Positions 49,850 to 58,413 of a stretch of DNA of 64,000 nucleotides are shown in pieces. The position numbers and the translations under genes were made by a program. This DNA is from Nitrospirota bacterium (GTDB lineage Bacteria > Nitrospirota > Nitrospiria > 2-01-FULL-66-17), in NCBI GenBank assembly GCA_049325335.1, contig JBMOMC010000043.1:245852-309851 (forward strand). The letters are read 5' to 3'. The notes below the pieces were generated by a model. The model did not search any database and was not told where the DNA came from. It was given only the letters and a program-made list of their open reading frames with translations. Numbering within the stretch: the stretch's first letter is position 1; every line of letters starts with the position of its first letter.

Positions 49850-51187
49850 CTGGCAGCGGAGCACACAAAGACCCGACAAGTACTCACCGCACTTTTTGCC
49901 GCGGCCATTCGGGCGGCAAACCCCGCGGTGCTCGTCAAAAAATCCCTGTCGATCAAGAATCGCCGACTGATCGTCGGCAAGCAGTCCTACGCGCTCGATA
50001 AGTACGAGCGCGTCATCGTGGTTGGCGGCGGCAAGGCCGTGGTGCCGATGGCCGCCGCGGTCGAGCACCTCCTCAAGAGCCGCCTCGACGCCGGCCTGGT
50101 GGTCACCCGCTACGGCCACGGCGGCACGCTCGGCAAAATCGAAGTCGTGGAGGCGGGCCACCCCATTCCGGATCGGACCGGGTTGGCTGCGGGCCAGCGC
50201 GTGCTGGATATGCTGCGCAAAGCCGGGGAACGCGACTTGGTGATCGCGTTGATTTCCGGAGGCGGCTCGGCGTTGCTGCCCGTGCCGGTGGACGGCGTTA
50301 CGCTGACCGATAAACAAGTCGTCACCGCGTTGCTGCTGCGCGCGGGCGGCACCATCCAAGAGATCAACACGGTGCGCAAGCACCTGTCGCAACTCAAAGG
50401 CGGCAACATGGTCACGGCGGCGGCACCGGCCACGGTGCTGTCCCTGGTCCTTTCGGACGTGGTGGGCAACGACCTGGCCAGCATCGCATCCGGCCCCACG
50501 GTTCCCGATCCCACCACGTTCCAGGACGCCGCCGCGATCCTCCATCATTACGAACTGTGGGACAAGATCCCGCAGGCGGTGAAGGACCATCTGGTGCAAG
50601 GCAGCCGCAGCGGGTCGGGAGACACGCCGAAACCCAGCCATCCCGCGTTCGCCAAGGTGAACAACGTGATCGTGGGCGACGTGCGTGTCGCGCTGAATGC
50701 CGCCGCGGCGCAGGTCAAACGTCTTGGCTACCATCCGCTGGTGCTGACATCGTCTCTGGTCGGCGAGACGCGCGAGGTGGCCAAAGTGTTCGGCGCCATG
50801 GTGCGGGAGCTGGCGGAATCAGACCGGCCAATCAAACGCCCCGCCGCGCTCATCGCGGGCGGCGAAACCACGGTCACGGTGCGCGGTCAGGGTGCCGGCG
50901 GACGTTGCCAGGAGTTCACGCTTGCGATGGCCCTGGAAATCGCGGGGATGAAAAAAGTCACGGCCTTTGCCTTCGGCACGGACGGCACCGACGGATCGAC
51001 CGACGTCGCCGGCGCCATGGCCGACGGCAACACGCTCGACAAAGCCCGCGACCTCGGCCTCCAGCCGCAACGCTTCCTCGACCAAAACGACTCCTACACC
51101 TTCTTCCACACCCTCGCCCAAACCATCCAAACCGGACCCACGAGAACCAACGTCACTGATATCTACTGCGCGCTGGTCGGGAAGTAA
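49850..51187 (+). CDS. Glycerate kinase (DUF4147/MOFRL, TtuD type); probable CTG start
   Basis: GGGKA, GHP.PD, ISGGGSAL, SDV.G, ASGP, GGETTV, GTDG.DG, TGPT.TNV.D. Confidence 0.9.
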   Translation: MAAEHTKTRQVLTALFAAAIRAANPAVLVKKSLSIKNRRLIVGKQSYALDKYERVIVVGGGKAVVPMAAAVEHLLKSRLDAGLVVTRYGHGGTLGKIEVVEAGHPIPDRTGLAAGQRVLDMLRKAGERDLVIALISGGGSALLPVPVDGVTLTDKQVVTALLLRAGGTIQEINTVRKHLSQLKGGNMVTAAAPATVLSLVLSDVVGNDLASIASGPTVPDPTTFQDAAAILHHYELWDKIPQAVKDHLVQGSRSGSGDTPKPSHPAFAKVNNVIVGDVRVALNAAAAQVKRLGYHPLVLTSSLVGETREVAKVFGAMVRELAESDRPIKRPAALIAGGETTVTVRGQGAGGRCQEFTLAMALEIAGMKKVTAFAFGTDGTDGSTDVAGAMADGNTLDKARDLGLQPQRFLDQNDSYTFFHTLAQTIQTGPTRTNVTDIYCALVGK

Positions 51188-51336
51188 CCGCGCCGTCGGT
51201 TGACGGTCGTCGGCGATCCGACGGAAACGCTGTTCGTGTTAATGACAGGCCACAGGATTACGTAGGTCCTAACGATCAAAGATTTGACCCTGCGCGATGC
51301 TGATCCGAACCCTTGCAACATTCGCAAGAAGGCTGT

Positions 51337-52062
51337 ATGAACGCCCGTGACACTGTCGACGCATTCGTTGCCCATCTCGCCGCGAACGGCCACCCCGGCT
51401 TGAAGGTAGAACGACGACCCGATGATGAGAACCATAGCTCTCCGGACATCGATGCCATTGCTGGTGCCTTCGCGATTGAGCACACCAGTATCGACACCCT
51501 GCCGAACCAGCGTCGCGCCGCTGATTGGTTTATGCGCGCGGCGGGTCGCCTAAAATGCGAACTTGAACACAAGCTGCCGTTCCGCTTGAACATTACGATC
51601 GAGTACGATGCGGTAGCCAGAGGTCAAGACTGGCCCGCCATTCGCTCAGCGCTCAAGACCTGGGTGGTGACCGAAGCCACGCACCTTGCCGACGGAAGGG
51701 TCATCGTCGACAGTCCGACGGGCATCCCCTTCCGTCTTCACGTCGTGAAGTCGAGTGAACGTCGTCCGGGCGTCCTCTTGGCACGCTACCTGCCAGATGA
51801 CGACACTCTTCTTGCACGAGTGAGGGCCGCATTCGATATAAAAGCGGCGAAGCTCGCGAAGTACCAGTGCCCAGGGGTTATAACCGTTTTGCTCGTCGAG
51901 AACGACGCTCTCATGAGCGAATGGAAAATGATCGAAGCGATCAGGGCCGCCTTTCCCTCCGGCCCACCGGCTGGTGTCGATCGGGTTTGGGGCGCGGATA
52001 CGTCGATCCCGAGCGCGATTGAGTTTCGAGACTTCACGCCGGAGATTTGGTACACACAGTGA
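51337..52062 (+). CDS. Hypothetical protein, possible PD-(D/E)XK-like nuclease
   Basis: PD...PDIDA...AIEHT motif; atypical codon usage. Confidence 0.65.
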   Translation: MNARDTVDAFVAHLAANGHPGLKVERRPDDENHSSPDIDAIAGAFAIEHTSIDTLPNQRRAADWFMRAAGRLKCELEHKLPFRLNITIEYDAVARGQDWPAIRSALKTWVVTEATHLADGRVIVDSPTGIPFRLHVVKSSERRPGVLLARYLPDDDTLLARVRAAFDIKAAKLAKYQCPGVITVLLVENDALMSEWKMIEAIRAAFPSGPPAGVDRVWGADTSIPSAIEFRDFTPEIWYTQ

Positions 52063-52067
52063 TTCCG

Positions 52068-52874
52068 TCAGGGCAGGAATCTCCTTTCCGTGGAGGGCTT
52101 CTGCGACTTCAATAGGATCTCCTTTATCCTTCTGTATTCTTCCATTGAAAATGGCGGGATCGGAACCTGAAAGTGTGGCGCGAGCCTATCTTCGAGTACT
52201 GCCCGGTCCCAAAGTGATATGCGTCGATCCTTCACTGCCAGCGCCGTAGCTCCCTTGGTGAACGACGAGGTTGTCACTACAATCCCCTTGCTGCACTTAT
52301 GGAAAAGCATTCCGCCAAGGAGTTCTTGGATCGCTTTGTTGCTTATGGGACTCGACGATCTCTTGGCTTGGACGACGATATACTCATTTGGCGGGCCAAC
52401 TCGCTTCAAAATCAGATCGGCGCCCTGATCCCCAGCCCCTCCTGTAGTTTTGACTTGGTAACCCTCTTTCGCGAAGTATACGGATAAGAGATGTTCAAAC
52501 TCATTACCGGTCATCGTGTCGATCTTATTAAACTGCAATTCGTGATGGAGAGATTCCCATTCTTGCTTGGCAAGATTCTCATTTTCCCTTTCACGGTTTG
52601 CTTGCAAAATCAGAGACCACTCACGCAGAACCGTCTTGTAAACAGCACAGGCCCGATCATACTTTTCCTTTTCCTGGACGTTTTCACCCCACAACAAAGT
52701 AGTCAGTTTGCCGATTATTCCCTTCCGCTGGGACGGGTCTTGAGGTATCGTCGGAGCGCCTTGGGAATCTAAAAAAAACAGCACCTCGCGACAGCGACCA
52801 CAAATCGCCTTCCACCCAGGGGCTGGCCATTGGACGTTGTTTTGAGCACTACATTTCGGACAGGAAACTATCAT
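52068..52874 (-). CDS. Mrr-family restriction endonuclease with N-terminal zinc ribbon
   Basis: CPKC...CGRC; FE..L..YF...GY.V..T...GDQGADL...VQAKR...TTSSFT..A; low GC. Confidence 0.88.
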   Translation of the reverse strand: MIVSCPKCSAQNNVQWPAPGWKAICGRCREVLFFLDSQGAPTIPQDPSQRKGIIGKLTTLLWGENVQEKEKYDRACAVYKTVLREWSLILQANRERENENLAKQEWESLHHELQFNKIDTMTGNEFEHLLSVYFAKEGYQVKTTGGAGDQGADLILKRVGPPNEYIVVQAKRSSSPISNKAIQELLGGMLFHKCSKGIVVTTSSFTKGATALAVKDRRISLWDRAVLEDRLAPHFQVPIPPFSMEEYRRIKEILLKSQKPSTERRFLP

Positions 52875-52956
52875 TCTTTCACAGAGCAGCAAGCAGGGTT
52901 AAGAGTATTGACTCTATTAAATTCATCGGTGTTGCATCGTTAGTATCCCCCCCGCG

Positions 52957-53376
52957 TCAGCACTCCTCGATCCACAGCACGTTCTGCGCAAATGGCGTGG
53001 TCTTGATCACCCGGCACAAGGCGCGGTCGGCGGTGACCAGAGGGCACCCTTCGAGAACCGCCAACGCGATGTACACGCTGTCGTACATGGTTCGCCCGAG
53101 GCCGACGGCGATCTCGAAGGCGGGATCCAGAAGCGGAGCGGAGGACACGATGTCGAACGGGACGATCTTGATCGCCTTGAGGATTTCCCGCCCTTCATCC
53201 CGGGTGATGTCGCCCAAACGGGTCTTCTTCCACAAGATGTTGCCGAATTCGGCCAGAAAGAGATCGGGAACCGCCAGCGAATGGTCTCCTTCAAACAGGC
53301 GAAGCGCCGCGTCGCTGTGCACTTCCGGAATGAACCACTTCGCCGCCACGCTGGCGTCGACGACGTAGCGGCTCAC
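52957..53376 (-). CDS. VapC/FitB-like PIN toxin
   Basis: VVDASVA.KW..E, E..N, YD..Y.ALA, LVTAD. Confidence 0.92.
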   Translation of the reverse strand: MSRYVVDASVAAKWFIPEVHSDAALRLFEGDHSLAVPDLFLAEFGNILWKKTRLGDITRDEGREILKAIKIVPFDIVSSAPLLDPAFEIAVGLGRTMYDSVYIALAVLEGCPLVTADRALCRVIKTTPFAQNVLWIEEC

Positions 53377-53603
53377 CGCGAGCGATCTTCGGCAAGCAAG
53401 TCGGCGCTGTCGTGGTGTGAACGCCCCGCAAGACGCTTCCGGATTTGCGCGGCGAGGGCGCGGGCTCGACGCATCTCACTCCGCGCCGCCTGCTCGATGA
53501 CCGCTTTGAGCTCCGCTTGCAGCGATCGGCCATGTTGTTTGGCGCGTTGCTTCAGGCGCTCTACCACATCGGGGGCGAGACCTCGGATCAAGACTTGAGA
53601 CAT
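53373..53603 (-). CDS. FitA/Arc-like RHH antitoxin
   Basis: MSQVLIRGL...VVERLK.RA..HGRSLQAEL; GTGA overlap with the toxin. Confidence 0.9.
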   Translation of the reverse strand: MSQVLIRGLAPDVVERLKQRAKQHGRSLQAELKAVIEQAARSEMRRARALAAQIRKRLAGRSHHDSADLLAEDRSR

Positions 53604-53624
53604 GGGGTGCCTCCGGGACAAGAA

Positions 53625-53642
53625 GATAGCAATACGATAGCA
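53625..53642 (-). promoter_or_regulatory. Putative TA operator/extended -10 (two TGCTATC)
   Basis: GATAGCA at 53625-53631 and 53636-53642. Confidence 0.5.
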
Positions 53643-53782
53643 TAACCCGCCGCACAATTCATGGCAGGTCGGGGGCAGCTCCAACATGGTCCTGCTGGAG
53701 TCGGAGTACTATTTCTGGCAAGTCCGAACCCCGTCCACTCAAGAGGCCGACGTTGCATCCACCTTGGCATGAGGAGTAGTCT

Positions 53783-54001
53783 ATGACTATGAAACAGTCA
53801 ACGGTTTCCTGCAGTCCCGACGTGATGGGGGGGACCCCGGTTTTCTCCGGTACCCGGGTTCCCGTTCAGACGTTACTCGACTACCTGGAAGCCGGGGAGT
53901 CGATCGATGATTTTCTTGAAGGCTTTCCCTCCGTCACCAGAGAGCAGGTCGTCGCCTTCCTCGAAGAGGCTAAAGATCGAGTGATCGCCTCGGCGTCGTG
54001 A
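53783..54001 (+). CDS. DUF433 antitoxin
   Basis: P.VMGGTPVF.GTRVPV..L...L..G..I..FL..FP. Confidence 0.92.
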   Translation: MTMKQSTVSCSPDVMGGTPVFSGTRVPVQTLLDYLEAGESIDDFLEGFPSVTREQVVAFLEEAKDRVIASAS

Positions 54002-54318
54002 ACATCCTTCTCGACGAGTGCGTGGATTGGCGGCTCTCGCGCGACTTGGTCGGTCACGATATCAAGACCGCGCGTCAGATGGGATGGGCCATGATCAAGA
54101 ACGGTGAGTAGCTGTTGCTCGCGGAGCAACAGTTTGACGTGTTCGTCACGGTCGATCGCAATCTGTCGTTTCAACAGAATCTGGTGTCGTTCAAGATCGC
54201 AGTTGTTGTCCTCCGAGCCCGGACCAATCGACTGGCTGATCTCAGACCGCTGGTGCCCAAACTCCTTGCGGTTCTCCCAAGTGTTAGGCCAGGTGCCGTG
54301 ACGTATATCGGCGTCTAA
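53998..54318 (+). pseudogene. DUF5615/Mut7-C-like PIN toxin interrupted by an in-frame TAG
   Basis: MNILLDEC...GH...GW...KNGE*LLLA...FDVFVTVDRNL; TAG at 54109-54111. Confidence 0.85.
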
Positions 54319-54364
54319 CCCCGCTGGTCGAGCATATCCTTCAACATGCGGTGGCTGGCGCCGG

Positions 54365-55852
54365 TCAGAACAAGTTTTGTTGGATCTCCCGTTCCGGCGG
54401 TTTTCTCGGCGCCTGCACGTCTTCCATTCGCCGCAGCTCGTCCTGAATATCCGCCAAGTACCGCGACGGCTCGGCGTGGCGCGTTTCGCCGTAGAGAAAC
54501 CGCTTGACGGCCGACGAGAGGAACAGCCGCTGCTTGGCGCGCGTCATGCCCACGAAAAAGAGGCGGCGCTCTTCCTCCAGGTCCTCGGATCGCTCGTAGG
54601 GTAATAGCCCTTCTTCACAGCCCGCGATAAAGACCACGGGGAATTCCAGGCCCTTGGCGCGATGGAGCGTCATCAGGTTGATCGCATCGCCCCGAGGGCC
54701 TTCCTCGCCTGAGATCAACTGCTCCATGTCTTCGGTGGGGTGGGGCTTGCCGAAGCAGCGACAGGGGAGCCCGGAGCGTTCGAGCGCGTCCGTGATCACG
54801 CGGGCTTGGGCGTGCAGACGGTAGAGGATGGCGATATTGCCCAGGCCGTAGGCGTGACGTTCGTCGTCGGCCTGAGCCCAGCCGCTGTCGATGGTGAAGT
54901 GGCTGGAGCCGCCCAGAAGACCCTCGATCTTGCGCACGATCATTTCCGCTTCTTGTCGATCCGTGCCGTACCGGGCGATGGCGAGGGGCAAGCCGTTGGC
55001 CAGACGGGCGGTCAGTTGCCGAGGCAGTTGCGCCGGGCTTTTGGCGATGACTTGCGTCGCGGCTCCGACGATCACGCCTTGCGACCGGTAGTTCTCTGAG
55101 AGGCGGCAGACGCGATGGTTGGGGAAGTCCGTTTTGAACGCTTCGAACGCGCGAAAACTTCCGGCGAAACCGTAGATGGCCTGGTCGGGGTCCCCGATCA
55201 CGCAGAGTTGGTGCGATGTCAGCGACCGCATGAATTGATACTGGGCAAAGCTCGTGTCTTGGAACTCGTCGATCACGATGTGCGTGAAACGGGGGCGATA
55301 AGCCGCCGCAACGTCGGGGCGCTCTTTGAACAAACGAGTGGCGTAGAGGAATAGGTCGTCGAAGTCGAGTTGCCGCCTTGCCGTGAGCCGTTTCTGGTAT
55401 TCCGACGCGGGGCCGTCCTCGGGCCATTGGAGTCGCTGCTTCGTTTGTCGAACCGCGTCGAGAAACGACGACCGATCTTTTCGAGACACAAGGCCTTCGA
55501 GCAGTGCGGGCTTGTCTTCGTCGGTAACGAGCGAAAACTCGACGCCGGGACCGAAGGGATATGCGTGTTCCTGCAGGATGCGTAAGGCCGCGGCGTGGTA
55601 CGTCTCCACCCACAGGCCATCGGGCAGCGTTCCCAACAGATTCCCCAGTCGCTCCTTCATCTCCGCGGCTGCGCTGCGCGTGAACGTGACGGCCAGGATG
55701 TGTTCGGGTGGGACGTGGTGATCTTGAATCAGGTGCGCGATATGGTGCGCGAAGGTCCTGGTCTTTCCTGTCCCGGGGCCCGCCACGATGATGACCGGGC
55801 CGTCCACGGCGTGGACCGCGGCCAGTTGCGCGGGGTTGAGGCGCTCAGGCAT
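54365..55852 (-). CDS. UvrD/Rep-family helicase (compact)
   Basis: AGPGTGKT, DEFQD, GDPDQAIY, NYRS, TLH.AKGLEF, EERRLFFVGMTRA. Confidence 0.92.
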   Translation of the reverse strand: MPERLNPAQLAAVHAVDGPVIIVAGPGTGKTRTFAHHIAHLIQDHHVPPEHILAVTFTRSAAAEMKERLGNLLGTLPDGLWVETYHAAALRILQEHAYPFGPGVEFSLVTDEDKPALLEGLVSRKDRSSFLDAVRQTKQRLQWPEDGPASEYQKRLTARRQLDFDDLFLYATRLFKERPDVAAAYRPRFTHIVIDEFQDTSFAQYQFMRSLTSHQLCVIGDPDQAIYGFAGSFRAFEAFKTDFPNHRVCRLSENYRSQGVIVGAATQVIAKSPAQLPRQLTARLANGLPLAIARYGTDRQEAEMIVRKIEGLLGGSSHFTIDSGWAQADDERHAYGLGNIAILYRLHAQARVITDALERSGLPCRCFGKPHPTEDMEQLISGEEGPRGDAINLMTLHRAKGLEFPVVFIAGCEEGLLPYERSEDLEEERRLFFVGMTRAKQRLFLSSAVKRFLYGETRHAEPSRYLADIQDELRRMEDVQAPRKPPEREIQQNLF

Positions 55853-57128
55853 CGAACAGCGCCATTTGGCGCTTGGACGTCAAATCCTCTTCCGACAGGA
55901 GTGAGATGGTGCCGTATTCGCCGTCGTAGCCCGCATCGATCCTGACCTTGCCGCGGCGCATGCGGTCCACCGCCAGCGCGACCAACGGGTGTTCCTTCTC
56001 CAGGCGGGGGAGCGGGAGTTCGCGCAGGATGAACAGTTCGTTGCCGAACGATTCGAGCAGGCGACGATAGAGCGCATCGACCCTGACGCTGGTCGGGCCC
56101 ACGCGCAGGACCTCACTCAAGACCTCCTTGAGCGGGATCAGATTCTCAAAATCCGCGGCGCCGGCCGGCTGGTTCGCTTCGGGCCGATCCGCGAGGCGCT
56201 CGACGCGGTGCAGCACGCCCACGGTCACCGGCTTGTTGCAGACCGGGCACAGGCCGTTGCGCTGGAGCGTTTCCTTGGGATCAAGGCGCGTCTGGCACTT
56301 GCGGTGCCCGTCCACGTGGTACTTGCCCTCTTCGGGGAAGAACTCCAACGTCTTGAGGAACCGGCCGTCGCGGGATTTGATCGCGTCGAAGATGCCAGCG
56401 TAGGACAAGTCGGTGTCTAACAGGTTGGCTTCACGCCCCAACTTCTCCGGCGAGTGTGCGTCGGAATTCGAAATTAGCGTGATACCGTCCAACTGGGACA
56501 ATCGCCAATTCATCGCCGGGTCGGACGACAGGCCGGTCTCGATCGCGAAGATGTGCGGGGTGAGGTCTTCGAAACATTCTTCCAACGAGTCGAACCCGGA
56601 CTCCGACCCGAACACCGCAAAATGGGGCGTCCACGCGTGCGCCGGAATAAGCACGCCGTGCGGGTCGGCCTTCAGGACCAGTTCGAGCAGGTTGCGCGAG
56701 TCGAGTCCGAGAATCGGCCGGCCGTCGGAGCGGATGTTGCCGATCTTGGCCAGGCTGGCGTTGAAGCGCTCGGCCGACTCGAACGACGGCATGAAGACCA
56801 GGTGGTGGACCTTGCGCACGCGCGGGCCCTTTTTGTAAATGCAACTGATCTCCACGCCGAGCATAAAGCGCACCGGCGCCCGGCAGGACGGGAACAGGGC
56901 GTCATCAACCGGCTTGGCGATGTCCGGTTTGAGCGTGAACAGGCCGGCTTCGGACTCGATCAGCATGTCCCGCAGTTCCGCAAACCACGCCGGATGCGTG
57001 AAGTCCCCGGTGGCGAGCGCGGTGATGCCCTTGAGCTGGCACCACTCGTACAGGCGCGCGGGGCGAAGTTGGGGGCTGCACGCGCGCGAGAGATAGGAAT
57101 GGATGTGGAGATCGGCGACGATTTTCAT
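55845..57128 (-). CDS. Endonuclease Q family (PHP + Zn finger)
   Basis: DLHIHS, GDFTHP, SDGRP, PAH.WTP, ETGLSSD, SNSDAHS, GKYH, CPVC, GV..RV, GYDGEYG. Confidence 0.92.
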   Translation of the reverse strand: MKIVADLHIHSYLSRACSPQLRPARLYEWCQLKGITALATGDFTHPAWFAELRDMLIESEAGLFTLKPDIAKPVDDALFPSCRAPVRFMLGVEISCIYKKGPRVRKVHHLVFMPSFESAERFNASLAKIGNIRSDGRPILGLDSRNLLELVLKADPHGVLIPAHAWTPHFAVFGSESGFDSLEECFEDLTPHIFAIETGLSSDPAMNWRLSQLDGITLISNSDAHSPEKLGREANLLDTDLSYAGIFDAIKSRDGRFLKTLEFFPEEGKYHVDGHRKCQTRLDPKETLQRNGLCPVCNKPVTVGVLHRVERLADRPEANQPAGAADFENLIPLKEVLSEVLRVGPTSVRVDALYRRLLESFGNELFILRELPLPRLEKEHPLVALAVDRMRRGKVRIDAGYDGEYGTISLLSEEDLTSKRQMALFDA

Positions 57129-57185
57129 GGGCGGCGTATCGTATCACGACCCCGAAGAGGTGACTAGTCCCGACTCGCCGGTGTC

Positions 57186-57211
57186 GTCATTCCCCGAAGG
57201 CGGGAATCCAG
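57186..57211. repeat. ATTCCC-N7-GGGAAT palindromic repeat (dRS3-like family)
   Basis: GTCATTCCCCGAAGGCGGGAATCCAG. Confidence 0.6.
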
Positions 57212-57216
57212 GACGT

Positions 57217-58413
57217 CTATCCATTGTGATCCGTTCGCTCTTGCAGCATCACGCACTGCAAGTACTCAGTCTCCGGAATCCCCAGCACGATCGGATGATC
57301 CGGCCCTTGCGTGCGGCGTTCGATCAGGCGGAACGGGCGTTTGGCGTCACCGGCTGCATCGACCAGGGCCTCGTGAAACGTGGCGGCGTCGATCGGGTGC
57401 GAGCACGAACACGTGACCAGCACGCCGCCGGGCGCGAGCAACGACATCCCGATCCGGTTGATCTCCTCGTAGCCACGTAGCGCGCGGGCTTTGTCTTTTC
57501 GCGCTTTGGCGAATGAGGGCGGGTCGAGGATGATCAGTTCGTATTGAGCGCCGGCGACGAGGAGTCCCCGCAGTTCGTCGAACACGTCGGCCTGACGGTA
57601 CTCCACGCGTTCGCCCAGTCCGTTACGGGACGCGTTGGCCCGCGCCATGGCCAAGGCTTTCTCGGAGGCGTCGAGTCCCAACACGCTCGCGGCGCCGTAG
57701 TGCAACGCGTGCAGGCCCCACGCGCCCGCGTAGCAGAATGTGTCCAGCACCCGCGCGCCTTTGGCCCACGGGGCGATGGCGCGGTAGTTGGCGGATTGAT
57801 CCAGAAACAGCCCGGTTTTCTGGCCCTCCCACACATCGACCTCAAACGACAGACCGTTTTTGGTCACGACCACGCGATCCGGCTTGGCGCCGTGCAACAG
57901 GCGTTTCTCAACGGGTAGGCCTTCGAGTTTGCGCGAACCCGCGTCGTTGCGCGCCACAATCGCGGTCGGCTGAAATCGATCGACCAATGCGTTGACGATG
58001 GCGTCGGTCAGCCGATCCATGCCTGCGGTGAGGATCTGTGCCACCAGAACGGACCCGTAGCGATCCACGATTAATCCGGGCAATCCGTCGGCTTCCCCGA
58101 ACACCACACGATACGCCTCCTCGCCCGGTACCACGGCATCCCGAAGGGCCTGAGCGCGATTGATCGCGCGCGCGATGAACGCGGCGTCGATTTCCACGGC
58201 CTCGCGCGAGAGCAGGCGCACCGCGATCACGGACTTGGGGTTGTAGTACCCGCGGCCGATCCACTGTCCTTGCGCGGTCCGCACGTCCACGATGGAGCCT
58301 GGCGGGGCGGTTTTGGGCGGGCGCGCGAGTTCGTTGGCGTAGATCCAGGGATGCCCGGATTCAAGACGACCGAGCGCGGCCGGTTTGAGCGTGAGCGCGA
58401 GCGGCGCGGTCAT
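57217..58413 (-). CDS. RlmI-like 23S rRNA m5C methyltransferase
   Basis: GHPWIY, E.DGLPGL.VD.Y, GQKTG.FLDQ, LDPPSF, ETEYL. Confidence 0.9.
   Translation of the reverse strand: MTAPLALTLKPAALGRLESGHPWIYANELARPPKTAPPGSIVDVRTAQGQWIGRGYYNPKSVIAVRLLSREAVEIDAAFIARAINRAQALRDAVVPGEEAYRVVFGEADGLPGLIVDRYGSVLVAQILTAGMDRLTDAIVNALVDRFQPTAIVARNDAGSRKLEGLPVEKRLLHGAKPDRVVVTKNGLSFEVDVWEGQKTGLFLDQSANYRAIAPWAKGARVLDTFCYAGAWGLHALHYGAASVLGLDASEKALAMARANASRNGLGERVEYRQADVFDELRGLLVAGAQYELIILDPPSFAKARKDKARALRGYEEINRIGMSLLAPGGVLVTCSCSHPIDAATFHEALVDAAGDAKRPFRLIERRTQGPDHPIVLGIPETEYLQCVMLQERTDHNG

Noticed and set aside
51276..52920. Palindromic ends (CAAAGATTTGACCC; TTAAGAGTATTGACTCTATTAA) as boundaries of a mobile cassette
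   Set aside because: Too short and degenerate, they do not match each other, and no target-site duplication was seen
54109..54111. Pyrrolysine or amber recoding
   Set aside because: TAG is used as a normal stop by many genes here, no pyl genes are visible, and a TTG-to-TAG change is simpler
54311..54364. Integron attC after the toxin (GTCTAAC)
   Set aside because: No complementary GTTRRRY box or attC-like stem downstream, and no intI
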